Shown here in pieces: positions 38,312-51,100 of a DNA stretch of 64,000 nt (position 1 is the first letter of the stretch; each line of letters begins with the position of its first letter). A model generated the notes under the pieces. It saw only the letters and a program-made list of their open reading frames with translations, had not been told where the DNA came from and searched no databases. Position numbers and translations under genes: made by a program. This DNA comes from Ramazzottius varieornatus (taxonomy: Eukaryota > Animalia > Tardigrada). The stretch spans positions 620,001 through 684,000 of the forward strand of contig BDGG01000005.1 of the NCBI GenBank assembly GCA_001949185.1. The letters are read 5' to 3'.

Positions 38312-38899
38312 GATGTTCGGCTGTAACTTCAATATCACTTGCGGGATTATTACGTTCTCCTGTATTTCATGATTCGTTTGCTCCCTGGCTACTCCATCTG
38401 TTTTTGCAATATGGTTTCCCGTTCGGGCCTTGATTCTGCAGTTTTCGCTCGTTAACGCTCTACTTCTTCACAGCACGGTTTGCTCTTGAATAAAAAACTA
38501 CTGTACTCTACCGACCTGCTTCAGTGAAAGGGTGTTGCGCAGCCGGAGTCCGGTTTTCCGTTGTTTTGCACACCGTAATCCACGTTGGCACGTCAGAGGT
38601 GCGGGCTGCAATTACGTCACTGCAATCATACGTAATTTTCGACCAAGGGCCTGCATCACCGCTGGAAACAGTCGGACAGCAGAGTGGGTGTATTAAGTCC
38701 GCCGACAGCTTACTCCTTCGTTCTGGAACAGCAGATCTTTCATGGAGGTTTTGACGAAGTATTCATAACAGTCAAAGTTCGCATTCCACTACGTTTGGCA
38801 AGAGAAATAAAATTCATACAAAGGCTGGCCGCTTTGCCAAGCTTAAAATGGAATTTCGCTGCTATAGTGTAAGGACCACGCTGCTTCACGCAGGCGTGG

Positions 38900-39573
38900 C
38901 TAACCATTGTTCCACTGCGCCAAAATGGGCAGCCCAATGGAAGATTCCACCCAGATCCCGGATGTACAGGCTGGCTCTGGCGAACCTGCCTGAGACGCTG
39001 AGAGACTGTTGAGAGTCTTACATAAAGTTAAACCATCAGTAAAGCTTCTTTGTCTTTCCGACTCTCTGCGAAGCTCTCCACCATTTTCATCATATTTTTC
39101 TGTTCCCACGTCTTGGACCTCGGCCATCACTCGGCTTTCTACCGTTTTCAGTTACTCCGACGGTAAGAAGCCTTAACGGTATTATTCCTAAGTCTGCTGG
39201 ATTCGAAGTCTGCTTCACTATGTCCATGGAACAGGTTGGTTTCAGCGATAGACTCTTCCAGCTGATCGAACGACGACACGCCAATCGGGAGCTCATACTG
39301 AAGACATACTGAAGATCTTCTTCAGTAGCTTACATCGGACTTCCAGCTTGGTCGATCTGGACGTCCAAGAAGTCTGCAAGCACAAGACCAAATGGGAGAT
39401 ATGCTTTAGGAAAACGACATAATTGTAGAAGTTTACAGTACTCGTACCTTTGATGAGTGTCTTCACTCTTCAACATCTTGTCAGATTCGCTTGGAGAGTC
39501 GCTCAGTTGAAAATGTTGCTCGTTGTCCGACAGCAGTAGGTTCAAGATGTTGAGGAGATTAACGGATTCCATG
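38900..39573 (-). pseudogene. Possible decayed bZIP (C/EBP-like) gene
   Basis: Broken frames with FESSRLRNNTVKASYRRS followed by ...ENGGELRRESE, resembling a basic region plus zipper; several stops/frameshifts. Confidence 0.25.
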
Positions 39574-39979
39574 GCGCTATCGAGAGGAGCAGAAGAGTGG
39601 AAAGAAAACTTCTCACAAGTCAGCACAAGTGATTAGCTTGTATTCTAAAGCATAGCGCAACTTTGTTGATCAATAACGAATCAACAACACTGAAATCAAA
39701 CCGCTTGATTGAATAAACCATGTACCGCCCAGATTCTGACGTCACTTCCGGTTCCTGTGGTGTCTTCCAGGATTTTATTGCGCAAGCTACGCCTGTTTCA
39801 GACGATAGAGCAGACTCTTCTCCATCATTCTATCAAGTCAGAATATTCCAGAAAGGCGGAGGACAAGCATAATCCCCTCGTAAGTGATCTCTTCCCTACG
39901 GGACGATGTTCGTCATTTGCAAATTTTTCAACGCGAAAACATTCATTGGTCTTTTCACAGATTCCATTCCCGACCGGAG

Positions 39980-40517
39980 ATGCCTAAGAATGGGAAGTAT
40001 TTCGTTCGAGAAGGCCGCAATCTATGAAACGGGAGTCTATGATAACTAGTAAGAAATAATTATCATTATCTCTCAGCTTCTGGAGTTGTATGGTCCTCTT
40101 CGAAGACTTCCAGGCGGAAAGACGATAGTACCTGTGGTCGTTAACCTTGCGCTTTTGTTTTTCATTCACGAATTGAAGCAGCAGACGGACGGATACTCCC
40201 GAAACATCCACAAGGGAGGCTTCACGACGCAAGAGGAGGCTGCGAAGTTCGCCCGAGGAGAATCTTCCGGCTCGTCGCTCGACAACTACGCCATCCGAGG
40301 AGCCAACTTGTCAGGAGTCACCAACGACTATGGGACAGCAGCCGGCTAGACTTGCGGAAAATCAGGAACGACCATGAAGAACTTCCCCAACAACCCAGAG
40401 GCTGCGTGGAAGTACGCGCAAGGTGGCGATCGAGGCTGATCTGCTCAGCAGGGAAGCTGCGGTGGATCGTACGGCAATGATTATTACGGCGATTCTTACC
40501 AAGACGATTACTATTGA
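39980..40517 (+). pseudogene. Tandem RNase H1 hybrid-binding-domain protein, copy 2; frameshift and two stops
   Basis: MPKNGKYFVREGRN..ETGVYDN; LKQQTDGYSRNIHKGGFTTQEEAAKF; NYAIRGANLSGVTNDYGTAAG*TCGKSGTTMKNFPNNPEAAWKY; tail YGNDYYGDSYQDDYY*; clear paralog of 37818-38311. Confidence 0.72.
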
Positions 40518-40832
40518 CACTTCTGACCTTAGATGTAAGCTTTTGATCTTGGCAGCGTTTACATCAGTATGAGTTCGATAGTTCGGAGTCCCTTTTACTG
40601 TTCCTTGTGTGTATCTACTGGTGAATTCGTTCAGTGTTTTTTCGTCCAGTTCAAGTACGTAATACGTATTATTAAACTCCATTTTGTACCTGCCAATCTG
40701 TCTTTTCCAAACCCTCGCGGTATGTTTAAATTTTTTCCCCAAAGTAGTTTTAAGGATATCTTGAATGGAGTAATTGTTGTACCTTATCCTTGCTATCAAA
40801 ACTCTTGCGAAAAATACGGTCGAACATGTTTG

Positions 40833-42226
40833 CTAGAAAAGAAACAGTTGTTTGGTGCAGGTCGACAGAACAGAGATAGTGTAGTGGGGCTTTTCAAAGG
40901 CAGCCCAGTTTGGTGAAGGATGTTGTGGATCGAACAGTCCAGGCGAAGAAGGGGCCAGATAATTTCGATGCTCAAACTGACCGTTTATTCTTGTCAGCAG
41001 TTTCTCAAAGTCCATTGACGGGCTCTTCGCATTGAAATGAAGCCCTTGAATGAGGCGTTGAACAAACTCACTTCCAGACTTCTTATTCTTGAAGTGGTAG
41101 TACTCTGGAATGGATGAACTGACAACCAGGAAGTCCGCAGGAACCGCGAACAGCTGCGGAGCAGAACGAACGATACTTTTATTCGGTGTTGACTTGCGAC
41201 CGCTGGTCGATCTTCTCAACGTGTTGAAGGCGCTGGATAGCTCAATGCTTTCGGATTTCCCACAGATAGGAGCTTGAAAGATCAGGATCTTCGGACCATT
41301 TTTCAGTCCTTCTCCGACGAGGTAAGTTATTATATCTCCTCGAGTGAAGAATGCGTCGTAAGCTGCAAGTCGCTCTTGAGAACTTGCTCCTTTAGGTGAG
41401 ACCGAATGGGTCAGGAATACCATCAAGAAGCAACCCGGATGGTCTTCGACATCTGAAACGGAGTAACTCTTTGCAAGGTCCAGGATCTCTTCCCGACTTG
41501 GGTCTCTAATATGTCGCACTGTGAAGCCGATGTCGCTAAGACAGCTGGACAATGCGGTGCCATCACTGTCGGTATCCAGCTTCGGGGTAAGTCCGAATTC
41601 GGTCGCCATTTGGGACGAAAAATTGCACATTTGGACGATTACTGCAACTCGTTTGACGGTTCCTAACTGATATCTTTGCAGAGATCCCCACTCTAGCAGG
41701 ATATCATCTGTGGAACAGAGCTGAAGTAAGTCACGTGAACGGAGCCAGTTTTACAAAAATGTTGATGGTAAAGACAGATTGCTCACGTACCTCTTGGATA
41801 ATCGGACGCAGAGGTACATCCGCCAGTCTCCTTACTTCCCGCCTCTACGAGCGCTGCCAGCTCTGCTCGAGCGGATACCGGGGAACGGGACCAAGGGTAG
41901 TCTGACGAAGTCTTTTCCGGCTCGTCCTTAACGGGTGTTATGTGTTCGACGTTTCTCAGGTTCAGGCTTGGCGACAGAAGGCTGATATCGGACAGTGCGA
42001 CGTCCCGTGCGTTTTCCAGATCACTGTCATTTTCTACTATCTCGGGAGGCGCTAACGGCGCAACAGAAGATAGTAAAGATCCACATTCGCGTACCTTCTC
42101 GCGCGGAACATGTTTTTCTTTGGTCGAAACATCCGGGTCGCGGGTCTTTGCTTCCCGCAACTCGAAGTCGTGGAAGGTTCCAACAACCTCCTCGTTGGAT
42201 ACTTCGGGTACTTCGTTCTTGTCCAT
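40833..42226 (-). CDS. Caspase-like protein 1 with altered active site (2 exons; acidic prodomain)
   Basis: p20/p10 fold motifs CFLMVFLTHS, PKILIFQAPICG, VPADFLVVSSSIPEY, GSEFVQRL, STCTKQLF. Confidence 0.82.
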
Positions 42227-42520
42227 GATAAATTTTCCGATGAACCTACGATCTCCTGAAGTTCGATGTATCGCAGTTATCCTTGCTCTGCTGGTTTTGT
42301 AGTTAGATTGTATAGACTGAGGCTGAGAATTCCTGCTTTCAGCTGTCGGTATTTACTTTACGGCGCGATATTTCGACCGTATCCGTATCCATTTGTCACA
42401 GTCGAGAAGGACCAACCGCGCCGTTAAATTTACTGATACCACCACCCAAATTAAAACTAATATTGGATGAAACAAAGGTCGAGTCATACAAGCTGTGGAA
42501 ACAGTACTCACATGTTTGCT

Positions 42521-43638
42521 TTATTGAACGTTGAGGAAAAAGTCTTTGCGAAGTGTGGAACACACGGAGATTCCATGGAGGTCGGGACTTTCGACTGAAT
42601 CACTCGTATGTGGACCTTGCAGACTTGAAACTAGAAGAGTTAGCAAACTCCGAAGATCTAGAGTCCGATTAACCATACTGTAACGGAAAAGGCTAACTAA
42701 CTTTTGCACAAAGAAAGTTCCCAGAGGAGGATCATCGTGGTAGAAAAGCTTAGGTGAAAATGATTCGACCACAAGGACATCCGGGTTCGTTGGCTGGACC
42801 CACTCAAGCCCTCCAGCCTTTACAGGGAGAATTTCCAGGCCAGCCGTCTTCTCTAGGTGTCTATCAGCCATCGAGACGCTCCTGACTGTTTGAAGGAAGA
42901 ATAGCTTGGGTGTTCCGCTTACACCCGCGCTACCTCGTTCCTGAAAGAGGTTGAAGAGCTTCCGTCGGGAAAGGAAGCGGTCGTAAACCAACAGAGACGA
43001 ATCCGACGGAGCGTACTGCGTCAGGACGAAACAGAAGAAGGAGTCGCTTTCAGCGACCGCGGCATCGTTTGCGATATTTCTAATGTAGGTTTTGACCGCG
43101 GAATAAGTCGGGTTCGTCATCACATCGACTTCGTACCCTAACTTTTCCATGGTCTCTCGCAGATCGGAAGCGTCTTTGACGGTTGCTGCACCGGGTTGTA
43201 AACTGTACAGCTGTTTCAAAGAGTCTTCAAAATCATTCATAGCAAATATAATGCATCTGCCTCTCCTTTTACCAGCCGAAACCATATCGTAGGCATCTTC
43301 CACTTTCAAACCATCTGTCGGCATATTCCGTCGATCCGCTGCAGATCAATACCACTGCATAGGATGGTGTGTTCGGTTCTTCCAGAAAGTCATTACGTAC
43401 CTTGAGACTCCTGTCTGTTCAGTCGACGTGATGAATCCCTCGTCGATCTAAAGGATAGCCTGCTGCCAAACGCCGAATTCTCCTTCCAGCTGTTCCGGCC
43501 GAGAGATGTTGGCGTTTCCTCGTTGTCGACTTTGTCATCGCTCCTTCCGCTTTCTCCAACTTTAACAGGAGTCACCTGGCCGTTCACTGGGGGAGTCTCA
43601 CGTCGTCCTCCAATGCAAGAAGTCAGCAGGTTTCCCAT
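42521..43638 (-). CDS. Caspase-like protein 2, catalytically dead (2 exons; MGNLLTSC N-terminus)
   Basis: YDMVSAGKRRGRCIIFAMNDF; SFFCFVLTQY (His lost); PKLFFLQTVRS (Cys lost); PTNPDVLVVES; GTFFVQKL; STLRKDFFL. Confidence 0.82.
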
Positions 43639-43907
43639 GGCTCGTCCTGAACGTGGAAAAACAAGCGGTGAAATTTGTGCTTGGGAACTTCTCCGAACTA
43701 ACTACACACTCCCGCTCAGCACAGAATGGAGCCCTATCGCTTTACTTGCAAGTTTCGGACTTTGAACTCACAATCTACAAGACCATTAGCTCTGACGTGC
43801 TTAAATAAACACCTCTTGTCCTTACTGAACCGTAAGTTCGTAACCACAAAGGCATACAGTCTACATCAACAAAAACCATAGCACGACTTCATGACCATCG
43901 TATAAGC

Positions 43908-46900
43908 TTATAAATAAAGACTCGCTGCGAATATAATATCTCTTTTGAGCTTTAGGATACCTGCGAAACACAAACGAGTCAGTTCCGTCAGCCACAAAGA
44001 CGATTATTTCGTAAAAATTCAAGATCGGTGCGAAATCGATCAGATAGACTTACCGGCCGTGAACTTTTCCTCTAGCTGTACATTCCCAATCACTTTAGCG
44101 GCGGCAGCCATTTGCCGCATCAGTTCTTCCAGAAGGCGCATCGAGCGCACAATACTGCCTACATTATCAACAACAGGTGAATTCTGTTCTATCGTTTGTC
44201 AAACTCGTTGCTCGGCATACCTTCGTAGATGCTGGAATCCTTGATGATGGTAGCGAAACTCGCTCCATTGCACCACGTGAAGCAAATCTCCATCAAGTCA
44301 GACTTCAACCCGTTGACGTAGGCGTTCTCGTCGATCGGCACTTCGCATTCTCTCGATACAGCTGCAATCTTCTTCGCGAGGTCCTGGCATTGTCGGAGAA
44401 TAGCTTGAAGGTTCTCAGAGATCTTTGGCGGCTCCCCGTTGCTCTTCGAGCCTTCCGCCACAAAGCAGCTGAGAAGAGCCACAACCTGTGCTGGCTCCAG
44501 CTGGTTAAAATGCCCAGCGAACAACATTTCCGTCAGCAATAGCTCGTCCGCGCTAAAACACAAAAGGCATAATCACATCAAAGTGAAAGTATCACGATGA
44601 ACTGAATTTGGACCTCGGCAGACAGACTCAACAATATTTTATTGATTATATTGCCTTATATTGATTCACAGCTGGCGCACGTTTCCAATATTCTTTGCTG
44701 TAGGTGTGCGCTACTCTAAAAAACGATCTTGCCGAGCTTGTTTGCGGATATTTTTCTTGTTAGTCTTTTCTTACCAGCTGATTTCGCAGGCAGCCCGTCC
44801 CTTTAACTGACACGTTCCTTCCGCGTTACAGTAGCCGAGCTTCTTGAGGACTCGGATCCGCCCTTTGAGTTCGTCGTGCAGGCCGAGCTTGTTTGTCTCG
44901 TTGATTTGCTCCTCCAGCGAGTTAACTTCATCCTGCAAGGCTTGTTTCTTCTTGTGCAGCAACATTAGGTTCTCTTTTGCCGGGTCCACGTGGATCGGCA
45001 GTGCGTTCATCCTGGTCTCTAGTATACTCAACATCTTTACTGATTTCTGGAAGTCGTTGTCTTTGATCTTCATGTGAGTGATGGGATCGAGAGGCGGGAT
45101 GCCTTCAGGGAACCGTCGGCAAACTTCCTGCAAGTGATCAGACAGTTTTTTCAAATTGTCACCTTTCATAGAACATTAACACCACAAATTTATCTGGGAA
45201 ATGATTATTAATCTAAAAGCAAACCTTGAGCGATCTCAGCAGCTTTATTCTGCCTTCTTTTACCGACAAGTCTTCCGGAAGGTAGATCTTCAGGGTACTC
45301 AACGTCTGAACAGCACTTAGGTTGGCTCTGACCACCTGTTAAAATGAAGAAGAAAAGCCAGAAACCTTATGAGTAAATAGTCTATCTGCGCAAGGCTTTT
45401 GAAGTATCGGATACTGCACTTACTAGAATGTCTTGAGCCTGACTGACGGGAATAGGTTGTAGGCTGGCAAGTCCGTCATTCGATTCGAGTTTCGAGCTAT
45501 CTTGGACGGGAAGACCAACGACCAAGGATATGGTGGGCGCTTCCCCCTTCTGTTCCTTCTTCTTCTCGGCTTTGCTCTTCTTATACTGAAGGATGGGACA
45601 CCAGCCGAAGTCCATGTTGTTATGCTTCAGCTACGGTACAACTTTTATCAAGAACCAGAATAAGTTGGCTGCTACGTATGGGAGACATACTCGGACAAGT
45701 CGGCCATTTGATAACCACGGCAGGACATTCTTCTCTTCGATGACGGTACTGTGAATCTTCTCCGCGATCTTCTTGACTTCAGCGGAGATCTTGAAATACT
45801 GAGTCAGGTCGTCTGGTCGAGGAACCACAAGTTTCTGCAGCTCGTCCTTTTGCTGCGCTAGCTCTAAAGACGGAATCAGCGAGCTGAGCTCTGTGAGAGA
45901 ACAAATTGAAATATAAACAAGAGGTTCTAACTTACGGTCAAGTACTTTCGGTATATCAGCATAACTCTGGTACTGTAAAAACGAGCGTTCCAGGATGTAT
46001 TCGGGCGAAATACCGTCCACTCGAAGGAGATTCAGAATCATGTTGTACGTCAACCGGAAAGCGCTCTTGAGGGCATCCGCTGAGCCCTAAATTCAACCAA
46101 GCTTCAAACTCCGGCTATTCGTAGATTGGTAACACTAAATCTTAAATTACAGAACGAGCTCAAATGGCAAACTAACCTTCACCACACCTTTCAGAATTTC
46201 TGAGGGAATTTGCTCATCGACTTGGATCAAGACAACACCTCGTGTATCGATACCTCGTCGACCAGCTCGACCGCTCATTTGGATGAACTCGCCGGAAGTG
46301 ATCTACCAGACGGATAAGAGATTGTTAAAACCGAATACACTGACCAGAGCTTAATTCAGAAACCACTTACGAAACGGTTTTCTTTTCCATCAAACTTGCG
46401 AAGACTGGTGAACAGAACAGTCCTGGCCGGCATGTTCAAACCCATGGCAAAGGTTTCCGTTGCAAACAACACCTAGAAGAAAAGAGCTACAGTCAAGACT
46501 TTCTATAGGAACCGGGGTTAATACTGCAGGTCTAACGGACCGAAAATGAATTATTATACCTTAATTAGGCCTTCTTGGAATAGAAGTTCGATGGTTTCTT
46601 TTATAAGCGGCAACAAGCCGGAATGATGAATGCCGATCCCTCGACGGAGCAGTGGAACCGTGTTCAGAATCTGTGGTAGTTTTCGTTCTTCGGGTGAGAG
46701 CACTTCGATGGCGTTGGTGAAGACCGCTTCCACCATCGTCTTTTCCTCGTCCGTGTTAAAGTCCATCTTGTTCATACCCATCGCGTACGATTCACATTCC
46801 CGACGATTGAACGAGAAAACGATCACTGGTTCGTAGTTGCGCTCCATAACCATCTGCACCAGTTTGGTTACATTCGACTGACCTGATCGAGGAAACAATC

Positions 46901-48499
46901 AGCTCCCGCTCACGAATACTGCTGACTGGGAATTTTGATGTTAGATCGGATATTCTCACCCGCTTTATTTCGATGCATCTGCGTCTTCTTTGATAGATCC
47001 TCCCCAGTCGATGCTGCTTGAAGCTGGTTCATCGCAGTGTTGAAGTTCGCTTCACGGAAGTTTCGGTTTTCATCCATGATGAGGTAGAGACCTTTACTTC
47101 CGGTTGGGTAAAGGTACTGCTGAAGAGGTACTGGACGGTGTTCGGTATACACAACATGACAAGGCTAGAACATGAACGACATATTTCGTATGACAAAGTA
47201 GTTTTCTGAAGACGTATACATCAAGAAGAAAGTAAGGGGAAAAATTTGATACAAACCTGTTTGTGAAGCCAAGTGATCCACTCGGCGAACTGGATCGCGT
47301 TCGGAATGGTGGCAGACAAGAAGACGAATCGCACCTTGTCCGGCAAGAGAATAATCGTCTCTTCCCACACCACACCTGGAAAAGTTCACCGATAAAATTA
47401 GATACCGTACAACATCGAGGAACGATCTATATTATCCATAATAGTACAGTTCAGTTCTTCGTAACGGGACCTAACGTGAGAAGGCAAATATACCTCGCTC
47501 GGGGTCTCTCATATAATGGATTTCATCGAACACCACCCATCCGACTTCACGCATAATCTCGTTTCCGCGATATAGCATGCTGCGAAGAATCTAAAAGACG
47601 CAAAACACAAAGAAAGGTACTGTTATGTTAGAAATATTAACGTAAATTTCGGATACCTCGGTCGTCATGATGAGCACACTGGCATTCGGATTAATCGTGA
47701 TATCTCCCGTCATCAGTCCGACTTCCTCCTGGAAATGCTCCATCATCTCCCTGTATTTCTGGTTACTCAGAGCTTTGATGGGAGATGTGTAAATCACTCG
47801 CTGGTTACTCTTGAGACCTTTCGCGATTGCGTATCTGGAACGGAGAACTCACATTAGTCATGTCACTTCCGGTTGGAAAGAACAGCAAAACATCCAATAA
47901 TCGTCTTACTCTGCGATGACGGTTTTACCAGCAGAAGTATGAGCCGATACCAGTACCGACTGCTGGTTATCGATGCACAGGATAGCTTCTTGTTGAAAGG
48001 AGTCCAGGACGAACTTGTACTCTCGCAGAGGTGGACCTTGTCGGGGTTGAAGAGGTTGATACTCCGTGTTCGGTGGCAACGCGACTTCGTGGACACACGA
48101 CGTAAGGCCGGAGATGGTACGAACCTCCATCTTGTGGAACTTCTGCTTCTCCGTGAATTCAACTGCAGATTCCCTCAGCAGTGGCTCCAGTGTGCGGAGT
48201 CTTTTTGAACCGGAACTGGTGATATCGGTGTCATCATCCAAAGCAGCTTCGGAACTCTCAGTGTCCATCGCGCTTCGTTTCGATCCGCTGCCTCGTCCAT
48301 CTTCAATCAGGTTAAACATTGTAAATTCACATTAACCTGAAAATTCTGGAAGGAAGTCACTGGCAGAGAAATTCATCGTACCCTGTGGATCGTCCAGCAA
48401 TATGTCATCGGCATCATCCCGAAGACTGTTTCCAAATCCGTTTCTTTGTTGTTCACCTCCACCACTGGTGCTCGCCATGACTGCTCCGTTTTCTTCCAT
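43908..48499 (-). CDS. MTREX: Exosome RNA helicase MTR4 (SKIV2L2)
   Basis: [16 protein letters not shown]; [14 protein letters not shown]; DEIHYMRD; [10 protein letters not shown]; [15 protein letters not shown]; [10 protein letters not shown]; C-terminal [12 protein letters not shown]. Confidence 0.96.
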
Positions 48500-49078
48500 A
48501 CTTTCTGACACACAGGAAGAAAAAGCCGACCGGTCCGATATGCAGATCACCGCGAGAGAAGTCGCACAAAATTTGCAGATGAAATAATTGTTTCGACAAC
48601 ACAACACAACGTTGAGATTGCGACATTACTGAAGCAATTAACCCAGGCGATACGAACATCATTGAAATATTTGACGAAGCGGTGCATTTGCTCTTACCAT
48701 TTCGCTTCACGACAGCTGGTTACGGGGCGTTTGAAAATGAGCAGTGGGCAGAATAAATCAGTGAGGCGGGGCCAGTTTGAGAAGTATGAAGCGGGGACGA
48801 AATGAAAATTGCCGTTAATCGGCCAATCAAAATTGTCAAAGTTGGAGATTCTTTGCATTGGTCGTCTACGGATATTAATTCTTAATTTAGTTTCTCTAAT
48901 TTCATGCCCCGCTCCATATGATGTCATCTGGCCGCGCCTTACTGATCAGTGATCTACTCTGCCCACTGCTCAAATTTTCCACTGGGCTTCACGGAATCAC
49001 GGACACCTAACTTACACAAGCGTCATCCTCAGATTCTCTTCGCCTTTTTGTGCGTCGAAACCTTCCTTGCGATCCATC

Positions 49079-50169
49079 ATGTCGTCGATCTTGGGACAAG
49101 TCGCCAGCGCTCTTGGGATGAACCCGAAATACAAGCTGTACTACTTTGACGCGTAAGTGGCAGTTATCAGTCTGAAAACGTAAAGTGGTGAATCAACCGG
49201 AAGTCGATCACGAAGCAGCAAATTAGCAAAACCTCTCGATATTCTGTTATAGTCGTGGACGTGCCGAACCCATCCGATGGGTGTTCGCTTACTGTGGAGT
49301 CGACTACGAGGACATCCGGATCGCCAAGGCGGACTGGCCGGCCAAGAAAGGAAGGTATGGTAACACTCGGCATGTGGAACATCCTTGTTCCGGCTCCAGT
49401 TAACTTGCTCATATAGACGTAGCTCTGTTTCATCGCAGCACTCCCTTCGGTCAATTGCCATATATGGAAGTCGGTAAGTCGCGAGAATGAGACAAAAGTT
49501 CAAAAACGAAGGTACCGAGAAAGTTCTTATATCGAAGTGGCGGAACTGTAGGTGGATTTTTGCAGATGGACAGCCACTAGCTGAGAGTTACGCGATGGCT
49601 CGCTACGTTGCCCGAAAGCACGGAGCTGCCGGAGCTGATGATTTCGAGGCTGCACAGGCTGATGCCATTGCCGACTACGTGCAAGGTGAGCAGGCCAATT
49701 TCATTTCAAACAGAGTTTGATTTCACGTATACGAACGTAATCCCAACAAGGAGGTCGGGTACGTCTTTGTCAGATGCTGCGAAGTTGCTGTCGTTCATGT
49801 ATACCGAGAGCGACGAAAAGAAGAAGTCGGAGCTGAAGACCGAGTTCATCAAGACTGGTATTCAGCCGTACTTGAAGGGATTCGAACGACACCTGCTGAA
49901 GAACAGCAATGGAGAAGCCTTCATCGTCGGCAAGAACCCCACTTGGGCTGACTTTGTCCTCGTCGTCTTCCTTGGTAAGCGGAACCGTCTCAATAAGTTT
50001 CACCCGTTAGATGATTGTTTCAACTGATGTTTTTACTTCAGACGTCTTGGTCAGCATGGATGCCACCGTGTTGGACAATTACCAGCCATTAAAGGCTTAC
50101 GCCCAACGCGTCCACGATCTCAAGGGAATCAAAGAATGGCTCGTAAAGCGCCCCGTCACCCAATTTTGA
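49079..50169 (+). CDS. Glutathione S-transferase, sigma-like (GST-C, 6 exons; second in-frame ATG at 49118)
   Basis: KYKLYYFDARGRAEPIRW; PFGQLPYMEV; AESYAMARYVARKHG; FIVGKNPTWADF; GIKEWLVKRPVTQF*. Confidence 0.94.
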
Positions 50170-50916
50170 ATGGCCATAGCTGCAAAGTAGACTGGAAGGA
50201 ACATCGTAAACTGCTTATCAGCACAGCTGTAAATTTCATTTCGCACTGTAATTTTGTAGATACACTTTTCCATGGTTTTTATCAAAATTTGTCGTCGTCA
50301 TCGCGTGAAGTCCATTCCATTCGCTCTCTCAGTGACAGTCTTACCCTCAGCCGTAGTGTTCGCTAATTCTAGCTTCCTTATTGTACCTCTGTTGTCGTAG
50401 TTTTGCTGAGGTTTCAAGTACGTCCATTTTGCATGTCATTCAGTAAACAAAGTTCAGCTCTATGAGCCTCCATATGCTTGAAACCTGATGGACGTGCCTG
50501 GATTGATAACGGGCTGTTGAAACGTGCTTCGTCATTTCATCCTATGTAGCTTGTTTGCACGCTATCGATCGAGGACTGCTGGAAGGTTCTCCGTCTGGCT
50601 CACAGTTCCTGGTTCGGCACTTTTGGCTGCACTTTAGTTCCATCTCCATTGCTTACGTACCTTGTGTTTACCATATTGTACCGGTAAATGGCATGATGGA
50701 CAAAGGAGCTATCGAACCCGAACATTTTCGAAATACTGACGGCACGCTGGGTATTCAGACAACGTTCGCTACCTTCCAAAGTAAACTACCAATGAACAGG
50801 TGCACACAAGCGGAATCATTACGGTTGCATGTAACGGCTGCAAATTGAAATGCTATAAGCAGAATACTAAAAGTGAACTGAAGGTCTTGCGGAGAAACAA
50901 TGCGTAAGAACAGATT

Positions 50917-51070
50917 AAAATGAAATCACGGAGATGAATTTTGAACTGTGGTCTGCGATGAACAGATGTACATGCGCTGGCTAGCAAGAGCAAAAAATGA
51001 AATCACGGAGATGAATTTTGAACTGTAGTCTGCGATGGAAAGATGTGCATGCGCTAGCTAGGAAGTGCAG
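50917..51070. repeat. 77-bp direct tandem duplication (2 copies) just downstream of the GST-D stop
   Basis: AAAATGAAATCACGGAGATGAATTTTGAACTGT(G/A)GTCTGCGATG... starts at 50917 and 50994. Confidence 0.85.
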
Positions 51071-51100
51071 CAACCGGAAACCAGAGAAGCCAGGCCATAA

